Below, in pieces: positions 10,060 to 18,436 of a stretch of DNA of 46,531 nucleotides. The DNA is from Candidatus Woesearchaeota archaeon. Its GTDB lineage: Archaea > Nanobdellota > Nanobdellia > Pacearchaeales > GW2011-AR1. Under the pieces are notes generated by a model. It had not been told where the DNA came from, searched no databases, and saw only the letters and a program-made list of their open reading frames with translations. The stretch's first letter is position 1; every line of letters starts with the position of its first letter. Both the position numbers and the translations under genes were made by a program. Where the stretch lies: assembly GCA_964528215.1 (NCBI GenBank), contig CAZGSA010000001.1, positions 1 to 46,531 of the forward strand, written 5' to 3'.

Positions 10060-10977
10060 ATGGAAAAACACAAAAGAAAACCAATGACTAATCAGGAAAA
10101 ATCAAGAATGAAAAAGATAAATATAATTGCAATTGTGTTAGGATTAGCAATAAGTTCAACAAGTTTTTTAATTTATAAAAATATTCTAGTATCAGTAATA
10201 AGTTTTTTTGTGATAATAATCTTAATTTTCTTGTTTTTTCATTTTAAGAGGAGTTTAGAAATAACAGCAAGGATTAAAAAAATAGAAGGTGTATTTCCAG
10301 ATTTTCTGCAGTTAATGTCTAGTAATCTAAGGGCAGGAATGACCATTGATAAAGCAATGTTATTAAGTTCTCGTCCAGAATTTGCTCCATTAGACAAGGA
10401 AATTTTGCAAGCTGGAAAAGATATTTCAACAGGAAAGAATATAGAAAGAGCTTTATTAGATATGTCTAAAAGAATGAATTCTTCAAAAGTTCACAAGATA
10501 ATCCTTTTAATAATTTCAGGAATCAAGGCAGGAGGAGATTTAGCAATATTATTAGAAGAGACTTCTATAAGTATGAGGGAAAGAGAAATGCTTGAGAAAA
10601 AAGCAGCTTCAAGTGTATTGATGTATGTTATATTCATTTTCTTAGCAGTATCAATTTTTGCCCCTGCATTATTCTCGCTTTCAACAATTTTAGTTGAAAT
10701 ACTGACCAAGATATTCTCAGGAATACCAGATACCCCTTCCTCAATAGCACTACCATTCACATTATCAAAGATAAATGTGTCTGTAAGTTTTATAAAATAT
10801 TTTTCAGTTTTTTTTATGATTGTAATTGATGTTCTAGCATCCCTAGTATTAGGGTTAGTAAGCAAAGGTGATGAAAAACAAGGCTTAAGATATCTTCCTA
10901 TAATGATAATCTTAAGTCTAGGAATATTTTTCATTGCAAGAATTTTTATTAATAATTTTATGAAGGGGTTGTTTTGA
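10060..10977 (+). CDS. T2SSF/FlaJ-TadC-like pilus platform membrane protein (second single-domain paralogue)
   Basis: 305-aa ORF. Two N-terminal TM helices, a T2SSF-like domain (FPDFLQLMSSNLRAGMTIDKAM, IERALLDMSKRM, GGDLAILLEETS), then further TM helices. Confidence 0.8.
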   Translation: MEKHKRKPMTNQEKSRMKKINIIAIVLGLAISSTSFLIYKNILVSVISFFVIIILIFLFFHFKRSLEITARIKKIEGVFPDFLQLMSSNLRAGMTIDKAMLLSSRPEFAPLDKEILQAGKDISTGKNIERALLDMSKRMNSSKVHKIILLIISGIKAGGDLAILLEETSISMREREMLEKKAASSVLMYVIFIFLAVSIFAPALFSLSTILVEILTKIFSGIPDTPSSIALPFTLSKINVSVSFIKYFSVFFMIVIDVLASLVLGLVSKGDEKQGLRYLPIMIILSLGIFFIARIFINNFMKGLF

Positions 10978-11151
10978 GATTATCAAAGCTTATACCTCAA
11001 GAATATTTTACTAAATTCTAACCTATTAAACTTAAAAGAAATTAACATCTTTTAAAATTTAACATCAATATCTTACAAAACTTTAAATCTTTTTTGATAA
11101 ACTATTGGATTCACATTTTAGTAGAAGATATTTTATAGGGCTATCGAATTT

Positions 11152-11919
11152 TTAACCATCACCCAACCCCCCAGAAAAAGCATTTTTACTGACTTCAATC
11201 CCTTTCTTTCCAATACTAAATAAATGGGTTTTTGTTGAATGTGCTGTCCCTCTCATCTTTAAAACTTCTAAAAACCTCTGTCTCTGGCTCTTGTTTCTTG
11301 AAAAATAAAGATAAGTAACAGAATCAGATTCAAATTCTAAAATACGGGAAGTTGTCTTTTTTTCAGCAGGGTCTCTAGCATAAGTTAGTATGGAAGTGGC
11401 ATCCCATTTTCTTAAAATATTTAACAAAGATATTACTGCCTCTCTTCCTTCTGTTTCATTTTCAAATAATAGGACAAAAGAAGTTAGACTATCCATAACA
11501 ATCCTAGAGATATTTTTTCTTAAGACTAAACTCTCAATAATGCCTCCCCCTTCCTCTAACATAGTCTTAACCTTTTGAGGAGCATATTCAATAAAAAAGA
11601 ACTTGCCTTTTCTTTCTAACTCTTCTAAATCTAATCCTAACACCTTCATATTCTCATAAAACTCGTTTTTTCTTTCTTCAAAACTTATGTACAAACAAGT
11701 TTCTCCTTTTTTACAACCCTCAATCAAAAATTGAGTGGAAAATATAGTTTTTCCAGAACCAGTCCCTCCAACAATAAGATTTGTAGAACTTTTTACAAAT
11801 CCTCTATCAATTAGCTTATCAAAGTTAGAAATTCCAGAACAAACTCTCTTGCTAGAATCAACTGCTCTTTTCATCTTTTTCACACTCTTTTTGTTAGGCA
11901 TTTTAACAGGCAATCTCAA
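11152..11919 (-). CDS. KaiC/ArlH(FlaH)-like RecA-superfamily ATPase
   Basis: 255-aa ORF. Walker A GGTGSGKTIFSTQF and Walker B-like RIVMDSLTS. Single KaiC-like domain. Confidence 0.8.
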   Translation of the reverse strand: MRLPVKMPNKKSVKKMKRAVDSSKRVCSGISNFDKLIDRGFVKSSTNLIVGGTGSGKTIFSTQFLIEGCKKGETCLYISFEERKNEFYENMKVLGLDLEELERKGKFFFIEYAPQKVKTMLEEGGGIIESLVLRKNISRIVMDSLTSFVLLFENETEGREAVISLLNILRKWDATSILTYARDPAEKKTTSRILEFESDSVTYLYFSRNKSQRQRFLEVLKMRGTAHSTKTHLFSIGKKGIEVSKNAFSGGLGDG

Positions 11920-12076
11920 TAGCTTAAATCAATAACATGATGCATCATCAACTCAACATTGGATTTTATTAAGTTATTAATTATTAAAAGATAATCCTGC
12001 TTAAAAATCTATTGTTATGTTTTAAATATATCCAAATCTAAGAAGTTCAATAAAAGTTAAAAATAAAAAAATAAAT

Positions 12077-12553
12077 TTATGCTACTACTTTTTGTGCAAT
12101 AGTTCCTGTTGATGTCAAATCTACATCAATTCCTTCTTTTCTATAAGTTATGGTAATATCTCCTTTAATAGTGTCTCCATCACTAATACTATTTGCAGAA
12201 GTACATTCCACAGTTATTGTAGATCTTTCATCAGTTCCAATATCAGTTACAGTAGTATAAGAACCACAATTTGTTACATTAACTCTTTGAAGTTCATAAT
12301 CTTCACCACCATTGTTTTTCAAGGAAAACTGAACACCACCATAAGAACCATAACTTTCTTTTGCATTTGCAGCATCAATATAAAATGGAGGATTAACAAT
12401 AGCATTACCTGTTATATATTTTCCAGGACTAAAAACTCCAAAATATGCTAAAACTCCAATTGCAATAACTGCAGCAAGAATAGCCCAACCATAAGTCATA
12501 AGGAATTCCATAGCTGCCTGTCCTTTTTTATTCATTTTATAACCTCCTTTCAT
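12077..12553 (-). CDS. Archaeal type IV pilin (major pilin candidate)
   Basis: 158-aa ORF. (MKGGYK)MNKKGQ/AAMEFLMTYGWAILAAVIAIGVLAYF is a textbook class III signal peptide plus pilin helix. The remainder is G/T/S-rich. Confidence 0.8.
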   Translation of the reverse strand: MKGGYKMNKKGQAAMEFLMTYGWAILAAVIAIGVLAYFGVFSPGKYITGNAIVNPPFYIDAANAKESYGSYGGVQFSLKNNGGEDYELQRVNVTNCGSYTTVTDIGTDERSTITVECTSANSISDGDTIKGDITITYRKEGIDVDLTSTGTIAQKVVA

Positions 12554-12625
12554 TTATTTATTTAATTGTCTATATTCAATAAAGATAAATTTACTATATA
12601 AACATTTCTATAATTTTTGTTAATA

Positions 12626-12886
12626 CTAATAACTTCTCCAAATAATTGTAAGATTTACAATTATGATAAAAAATAAAGTAATTGTCGCTGGGAATTTATA
12701 ATTAAAACTAATAAGGGGAATAGGGGATATTGAAATTGCTAGAATAAAACAGATAATAGTAATAATAATAAGTCTTTTTTTCCAGGCTCTAATTTCATCT
12801 GAGCAAAGATGGCTTAAAATATATCCAACTAAAAAACCAGTGAGTAATAATAATATGAAAAATAAATTTTGTATCATTTTGAACAC
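12626..12886 (-). CDS. Small hydrophobic membrane protein, unknown function
   Basis: 86-aa ORF with three hydrophobic helices. No family recognised. Confidence 0.4.
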   Translation of the reverse strand: MFKMIQNLFFILLLLTGFLVGYILSHLCSDEIRAWKKRLIIITIICFILAISISPIPLISFNYKFPATITLFFIIIVNLTIIWRSY

Positions 12887-12919
12887 AATTTATTTAAAAC
12901 AAAGGCGTATTTAAAACTT

Positions 12920-13459
12920 ATGAGAAAAATAAGAATCAATAAACCAGATATTATTAAAGAAATAAAAAAAGGAAGAATATTTATTTACCCAACAGACACT
13001 ATTTATGGGCTTGGATGTGATGCAACAAACAATAAATCTGTGGATAAAATTAAACAAATCAAAAAAAGAGATTTAGATAAACCCTTATCAATTATTGCTC
13101 CAAGTATAAGGTGGATAAAACAACCTTGTGTAATTTCTGAAGATTTTAGTTTAGATAAATACCTTCCAGGGCCCTACACCATTATTTTAAAAAAGAAAAA
13201 AAAGAATTTTCTCAGGAATATATCTAAAAATGAGACAATTGGAATAAGGATTCCTGATAATTATTTTACTAAGATAATTCAACAATCTAAATTACCTTTT
13301 GTAACAACTTCTGTTAATCTTTCAGGAGAAAAACCTATCCAAGAGATAAGTCAAATAACAGAAGAAATAAAAAAACAAATAGATATTATAGTAGATATTG
13401 GTAAATTAAATGGAAGATCTTCAACATTGATAATCAAAGGCAAGAAAATAAAAAGATAA
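12920..13459 (+). CDS. tsaC: L-threonylcarbamoyladenylate synthase (YrdC/Sua5 family, t6A pathway)
   Basis: Motifs YPTDTIYGLGCDA, KKRDLDKPLSII, PGPYTIIL, IGIRIPD and TSVNLSGE. The ATG at 12920 is preferred over the 12869 start, which would overlap the opposite-strand ORF. Confidence 0.85.
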   Translation: MRKIRINKPDIIKEIKKGRIFIYPTDTIYGLGCDATNNKSVDKIKQIKKRDLDKPLSIIAPSIRWIKQPCVISEDFSLDKYLPGPYTIILKKKKKNFLRNISKNETIGIRIPDNYFTKIIQQSKLPFVTTSVNLSGEKPIQEISQITEEIKKQIDIIVDIGKLNGRSSTLIIKGKKIKR

Positions 13460-13460
13460 A

Positions 13461-14282
13461 ATGAGATTTGCAATAGCATATTCAAAAAAAGATTTAGCAG
13501 GAGTAAACATAGTTAATCAAATTAAGAATTCAGGATTTATACCTCAGATTCCCATAATTGAATTAAAAAAAGAAACTATTTTTTCAGAAGATTTAAGCAA
13601 AGATAATTATCCTCAATTAAGAAACCTAGATTTTTTAGTTTTTGCAAGTAAACATCAATCTAAGAAAAAATTCCCTTCTTTATGTCTTCATGCTCCTGGG
13701 AACTGGAGAAATGCAGATTTAGGAGGGCAATCTGGAAAAGTCTGCAATACATCTGCATTTGTTCTAAAATATCTGTTTCAACAATTAAATAAAAATTCAG
13801 AACAAGCAAAAAATAATAATCAGTTAAATAAAGATTACAATATAACTTTGGAAGTAACTCATCATGGACCTTTAATTGAAATGCCTTGTTGTTTTATTGA
13901 AGTAGGAAGTTCAGAAAAAGAGTGGAATGATGGACAAGCAGGGAAAGTAGTTGCAAAAGCTATATTATCTCTTCAGAACTTTAGTTCTAATGATTACAAT
14001 AACTGGATTCCTGCAATTGGGGTTGGAGGACCTCATTATGCTCCTAGTTTCAGCAAAATACAACTAAATTCAGGCTATGCCCTCTCACATATAATCCCAG
14101 AGTATTCAATGCCTGTAACAGAATCAATGTTAAAAGAATGTGAGAAAAAAACCAAAGAGCAAATCAAATTAGTATTGCTTGATTGGAAAGGTATGGGAAA
14201 ATCAGAACAAAAACAACAAACAATAGATTTATTAAATAAATTTGATTTAATCTATAAAAGAACATCTCATATTGAAAAGTGA
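13461..14282 (+). CDS. dtdA: D-aminoacyl-tRNA deacylase, archaeal DTD2 type
   Basis: 273-aa ORF with LEVTHHGP, FIEVGSSEKEW and GVGGPHYAP motifs. Confidence 0.8.
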   Translation: MRFAIAYSKKDLAGVNIVNQIKNSGFIPQIPIIELKKETIFSEDLSKDNYPQLRNLDFLVFASKHQSKKKFPSLCLHAPGNWRNADLGGQSGKVCNTSAFVLKYLFQQLNKNSEQAKNNNQLNKDYNITLEVTHHGPLIEMPCCFIEVGSSEKEWNDGQAGKVVAKAILSLQNFSSNDYNNWIPAIGVGGPHYAPSFSKIQLNSGYALSHIIPEYSMPVTESMLKECEKKTKEQIKLVLLDWKGMGKSEQKQQTIDLLNKFDLIYKRTSHIEK

Positions 14283-14454
14283 AAAAAGAAATTAATATCA
14301 ATAGCTCTTAAAATTAGAATCTATGAATAAGATGAGATTGAACCTAACATAAGGATAGGTTATTGAAATTAACTAACATATAAATCTATAAAGAAGAGTA
14401 GATTAAACCTAATATAAACATACAAATAAAAGAGTATTACAATTAATAAAAAAG

Positions 14455-14928
14455 ATGGTTAAGATAGGATTATTTTCATTTACCTGTTGCGAAGGATGTA
14501 TGGTTGTATTTGTAGAGGCTTTAAATAAAAAATATGATGAATGGATTAAGAGCAATAAAATAGAGATAGTAAATTTTAGAGCATTGAAAAAAGTTCTTCC
14601 CATATCAGAAATGGATATTGCTTTTGTCGAAGGAGCAATTTCAACTCAATCTGAAGTAAAAAAATTAAAGCTTATCAGAGAAAACACAAAAAAGCTTGTT
14701 GCTTTTGGAAGTGGAGCATGCACAGGTTATCCTTCAAATCAGAGAAACAAATTCAGCAAAAAAATAAAAACAGAAATTCAGCCCATAATTCAACAACTGC
14801 ATCAAAATAATTCAATCCAGCCAATAACAGCTTTTGTAGTTGTAGATGATAAAATAAATGGATGCCCAGTTGATGAAAATACTGTAATTAAAAAAATAGA
14901 TGGATGGTTAAAAAATGCACCAATTTGA
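14455..14928 (+). CDS. [NiFe] hydrogenase small subunit, short cytoplasmic (group 3-like) type
   Basis: 157-aa ORF. Cysteines at FTCCEGC, GSGAC and NGCP are consistent with a small subunit carrying only the proximal cluster. Overlaps the large-subunit start by 14 nt. Confidence 0.8.
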   Translation: MVKIGLFSFTCCEGCMVVFVEALNKKYDEWIKSNKIEIVNFRALKKVLPISEMDIAFVEGAISTQSEVKKLKLIRENTKKLVAFGSGACTGYPSNQRNKFSKKIKTEIQPIIQQLHQNNSIQPITAFVVVDDKINGCPVDENTVIKKIDGWLKNAPI

Positions 14929-16210
14929 TATAAATATTAAAAATATTTCAAAAATAGAAGGACATACCCATTTAGATGCAAAAGTAAAAGATGGAAAAGT
15001 TGTTGAATGTAAATTAAAAATATCTGAAAACAAAAGATTTTTTACACAGGCAATTTTGGGTAAGGATATTAATATAGTCCCCTCAACAATGTCAAGAATA
15101 TGTGGAACTTGCAGTGCTGCTCATGCTTTATGTTCCACAGAAGCAATTGAAAAAGCTTTAAAATTAGATGTTTCTGAACAAACTAGTAAATTAAGACATC
15201 TATTAACAAATGCAGGACATTTAAGAGACCATGCCATGCATCTTTATTTTTTCTGCTTACCAGATTTATACAATAAAGATTCAATACTTGATTTTAAATC
15301 AGAAGAAGAACACCAGCTGGTTCATGATGGATTAGACATAAAAGAAGCAGGAAATTATCTCTCAACTATTATCGGTGGAAGAGCAGTCCATCCTCCTAAT
15401 ACTGTTATTGGAGGTTTTATAAAACTTCCAACAAAACAAGAAATTCAGGAAGCAAGAAAAAAAATAAAATCAATCAGAGAAAAAGTTTTAAAGATAATCG
15501 ATATTTTTTCAAAACAAAAAGAAGTTTTTAAAAGAAAGATAAATTATGTTGGTTTAATAAATTATGATTATAATTTTTTGCAAGGGGCAATCAAGACTTC
15601 TTATGGAACAACAATTCAAGAAGAAGATTATGCAGAGCATCTAGAAAGAATTGTATTGCCATATTCAACAGCAACAGCATTTACATGGGAATCTGTTGAT
15701 TATATGGTTGGAGCTTTAGCAAGATTAAATCTTAACAAAAAAAATCTTCATGAAAAAACAAAAAAAGATGCAGAAAAATATCTGAAAATGTTTCCATCAG
15801 ATAATATTTTTTATAATAATCTTGCTCAGGCAATTGAAATGTTGCATATAATAGATACAAGCATAGAGATTTTAAATGCTCTTGAAACAGATATTAAATC
15901 AGAAACTCCAGTTAAAATAAAACTTCCAAAAAAACAAGTAACAGGCGTAGGAGTTATTGAAGCCCCTCGTGGAACTTTATATTACAGATTAGACATAAAC
16001 CCAGAAGGAAAAATAATATTTGCAGACCTATGCATTCCCACCCAACAAAACATAATTCACATGGAAAAAGGGATTGCAGGATATATTGAAAAACTTCTTC
16101 AAAATAATTTCACTAAACAACAAATATCTTTAGAAATTGAAAAGATGATAAGAGCCTATGACCCTTGCATGTCTTGTGCAACTCATTTTCTCAAGATTAA
16201 CTGGATTTGA
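14915..16210 (+). CDS. [NiFe] hydrogenase large subunit
   Basis: 431-aa ORF. N-terminal RICGTCSAAH (RxCGxCxxxH) and C-terminal DPCMSCATH (DPCxxCxxH), followed by the short extension FLKINWI. Confidence 0.9.
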   Translation: MHQFDINIKNISKIEGHTHLDAKVKDGKVVECKLKISENKRFFTQAILGKDINIVPSTMSRICGTCSAAHALCSTEAIEKALKLDVSEQTSKLRHLLTNAGHLRDHAMHLYFFCLPDLYNKDSILDFKSEEEHQLVHDGLDIKEAGNYLSTIIGGRAVHPPNTVIGGFIKLPTKQEIQEARKKIKSIREKVLKIIDIFSKQKEVFKRKINYVGLINYDYNFLQGAIKTSYGTTIQEEDYAEHLERIVLPYSTATAFTWESVDYMVGALARLNLNKKNLHEKTKKDAEKYLKMFPSDNIFYNNLAQAIEMLHIIDTSIEILNALETDIKSETPVKIKLPKKQVTGVGVIEAPRGTLYYRLDINPEGKIIFADLCIPTQQNIIHMEKGIAGYIEKLLQNNFTKQQISLEIEKMIRAYDPCMSCATHFLKINWI

Positions 16211-16575
16211 TTAAATGCCTCTTCTTCTTCAATATTCATCGGAACACAGATTATCTCTACTCTATCAATCATCTCCATCTTCCTAAGCAATTTTAAGTTA
16301 TACCCTAAATCAAAATCATGCATAGAATACACCTTGCCTAATTCAAGTTTTTCAAAATCACCCTCTGTTTCAAGTTTAATCTTCTTCACTTCATCAATAT
16401 CTGTAACACAATCAATAATTTTTAAATCTCTTCCATAATTTTGCAAATCTTCTGTAGGATCTAATTCAATAAACTCAATATCTTCAAACATTTCTTGTAG
16501 TCTTGGAATCAGCTTAATAGGAACAGCATCTTGCTTAACTAAAAAGTTTCCAAAAACAAGGATTTTATCTGCCAT
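16183..16575 (-). CDS. Hydrogenase maturation endopeptidase (HycI/HybD-like) candidate
   Basis: 130-aa ORF. The spacing of GNFLVKQD, IIDCV and SMHDFD resembles the metal ligands of the maturation protease family. Convergent with the large-subunit gene and overlapping it by 28 nt. Confidence 0.55.
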   Translation of the reverse strand: MADKILVFGNFLVKQDAVPIKLIPRLQEMFEDIEFIELDPTEDLQNYGRDLKIIDCVTDIDEVKKIKLETEGDFEKLELGKVYSMHDFDLGYNLKLLRKMEMIDRVEIICVPMNIEEEEAFNQIQLILRK

Positions 16576-16672
16576 TTTGTATTAGAAATTAATAATCTAT
16601 TCTAAATAAATCTATCTTCTTTTGCACAACCTCAGATATTTAAGAATTATTTATATTAATGAGTTATCAGTC

Positions 16673-17191
16673 TTAACCACTATTTTTTTCAACATCAACT
16701 ACTTCTCCACCATGTATATAAACAACATCTCCTAATTCTAATTCTTCTGAATCTGCAATATTAAATTGTTTTATCCTTTGCATTTGCCTCTGATTTAGAG
16801 TAATAGAAAACAATTTATCAGGAAAATTGTCATAATCATCCAAAAAATCTTCTTTAACTCTTAGTTTAATTTTTTCTTGCGCATTTACAATAGGGTAAGG
16901 AATAAGCATATGAAAATAAGATTTTGGATTTTGTTGAGCATTAGCAAAGGTTTTTTCATTATGTATTCCATAAAAATAATCAAAAACAGCTTCTTGACTC
17001 TTATCTCCATTTAAGTATTTAGAGGGAACAAAATCTGGAGATTGCTTTAGCCTGTTATAATATTCTATATTCCCACCATGACAGGGCAACATATAAAGAA
17101 ATAACCATCTATCTTCTTCAGGCAGTTCTAAGAATCCCTCAAGTTTTTCCATCCTATTTTTTTCTTTTTTAAATCTAAAAGTTGAGGCCAC
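16673..17191 (-). CDS. Hypothetical protein
   Basis: 172-aa ORF downstream of the OFOR beta gene. The annotated start overlaps that gene by 64 nt, so an internal ATG (about 17152 or 17092) may be the real start. No family recognised. Confidence 0.4.
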   Translation of the reverse strand: MASTFRFKKEKNRMEKLEGFLELPEEDRWLFLYMLPCHGGNIEYYNRLKQSPDFVPSKYLNGDKSQEAVFDYFYGIHNEKTFANAQQNPKSYFHMLIPYPIVNAQEKIKLRVKEDFLDDYDNFPDKLFSITLNQRQMQRIKQFNIADSEELELGDVVYIHGGEVVDVEKNSG

Positions 17192-17979
17192 TCTTGGTCT
17201 AGGCTTGGTCTTAATTCTTGATAAATAATTCCTAATGGAATTTTTCCCTTTTTAGAATTATAATCCCATTCATCAGCTAATTGTTCTGCTTTTTTCTTAT
17301 CTTTATTATCTGGAATCTTATACATCAGACTATCTTTATTATTAATGTCTAAATTAAATATTAAACAGTCTTGTATAATTTCAATATAACTAAAACCCTG
17401 ATGTTTAATTGCTTTTTCAATAATCTCTGCAGTATGTTTAATATCTTTTGCATTGCATCTTGCAATAAAACTTATATTAGAAGCAAGAGCAATTTTAATT
17501 GGATTTATTGGCTTATTTAATTCTCCTAATGGCTCTGCCTTTGTTTTAAATCCTTGCTGAGAGGTTGCAGTTGCCTGCCCTGTTGTTAAAGAAAAACTTT
17601 GATTATCATGAACAATCAAGGTCATATTTGAATTATATCTTCCAGCATGCATAAAGTGCCCAATTCCTTCACAATATAATGCTCCATCCCCTATAAAACT
17701 TAGAACCTGCAGATTAGGATTTCCTAATGTAATCCCTAATGCAGTTGGCAAGGCTCTTCCATGAAGGCAATATATTCCACTAATATTAAGATAATCAAAA
17801 ATTTTAGCATGACATCCAATATCTGTTGTCATTGCAAATTCCTCTTGTTTATAACCTTTATTTATCAAGTTTGCAAGAGTCTGTTTAACACTTTCAAGTA
17901 TCATAAAGTTTGGACATCCAGGACACCAAGTGTTTTCATTGGTTGTCCCTAATTTTTGTTTTATTTGGTTTATATCCAT
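17128..17979 (-). CDS. 2-oxoacid:ferredoxin oxidoreductase beta (TPP-binding) subunit
   Basis: 283-aa ORF. WCPGCPNFMI and GDGALYCEGIGHFMHAGRYNSNMTLIVHDNQSFSLTTGQ. Confidence 0.85.
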   Translation of the reverse strand: MDINQIKQKLGTTNENTWCPGCPNFMILESVKQTLANLINKGYKQEEFAMTTDIGCHAKIFDYLNISGIYCLHGRALPTALGITLGNPNLQVLSFIGDGALYCEGIGHFMHAGRYNSNMTLIVHDNQSFSLTTGQATATSQQGFKTKAEPLGELNKPINPIKIALASNISFIARCNAKDIKHTAEIIEKAIKHQGFSYIEIIQDCLIFNLDINNKDSLMYKIPDNKDKKKAEQLADEWDYNSKKGKIPLGIIYQELRPSLDQEWPQLLDLKKKKIGWKNLRDS

Positions 17980-18041
17980 TTTTATCCTAAATCTCTATTG
18001 TCCTTATATTTAATATCTATTTTAAACATTATATTTTTGAT

Positions 18042-18290
18042 TTATTTTTTCTTAGTTTTTTTATTCAATTTTTTCTCAACATTTTTATCTTTCTCAGCAA
18101 AAATATGTGATTCAAATCCACAATCTAAACATTTCTTTTTTTGAGGAAAACCCCAAGCAGTTGAAAGTGTTATTTTATTTATAATATTATTTGATTTACA
18201 TTTTGGACATATTTTCATTTTTTTACTCTCAATATCTATTGTTATTTTGTATTTATAGATTTTTTTAAATATCCTGCTCCCTTGCTCCAA
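18042..18290 (-). CDS. Small zinc-ribbon protein with Lys-rich tail
   Basis: 82 aa, or 58 aa from the internal ATG (MKICPKCKSNN). CPKC...CLDC pattern. Lies between the two OFOR genes. Confidence 0.45.
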   Translation of the reverse strand: MEQGSRIFKKIYKYKITIDIESKKMKICPKCKSNNIINKITLSTAWGFPQKKKCLDCGFESHIFAEKDKNVEKKLNKKTKKK

Positions 18291-18436
18291 TTAGATTATT
18301 GATATTTTTTATTTTCCTTGATTAATATCTAATTAAATATCTTTATCTATCGAGAGTCATATTTTTGATTTATTATTTTATTTAATGCTCATCATCTCCA
18401 TAACATCCTATTTATTGTGCTACAGATATCCTAACC

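Noticed and set aside
10491-10934. 147-aa minus-strand ORF inside the second T2SSF gene
   Set aside because: It is antisense to a gene with clear family motifs, and its composition is typical of a shadow ORF in AT-rich DNA.
14337-14417. Imperfect 17-nt direct repeat gattgaacctaacataa / gattaaacctaatataa upstream of the hydrogenase operon
   Set aside because: It matches at 15 of 17 positions in very AT-rich intergenic DNA, so I cannot distinguish it from chance without genome-wide statistics. It is a possible regulator site but is unsupported.
18106-18122. T-arm-like sequence tgtg-attcaaatc-caca, considered as a missing 3' half for the truncated tRNA-like elements
   Set aside because: It lies inside the zinc-ribbon ORF. 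It has no adjacent acceptor strand complementary to GCCCACA or GCCCGCA, and no promoter.
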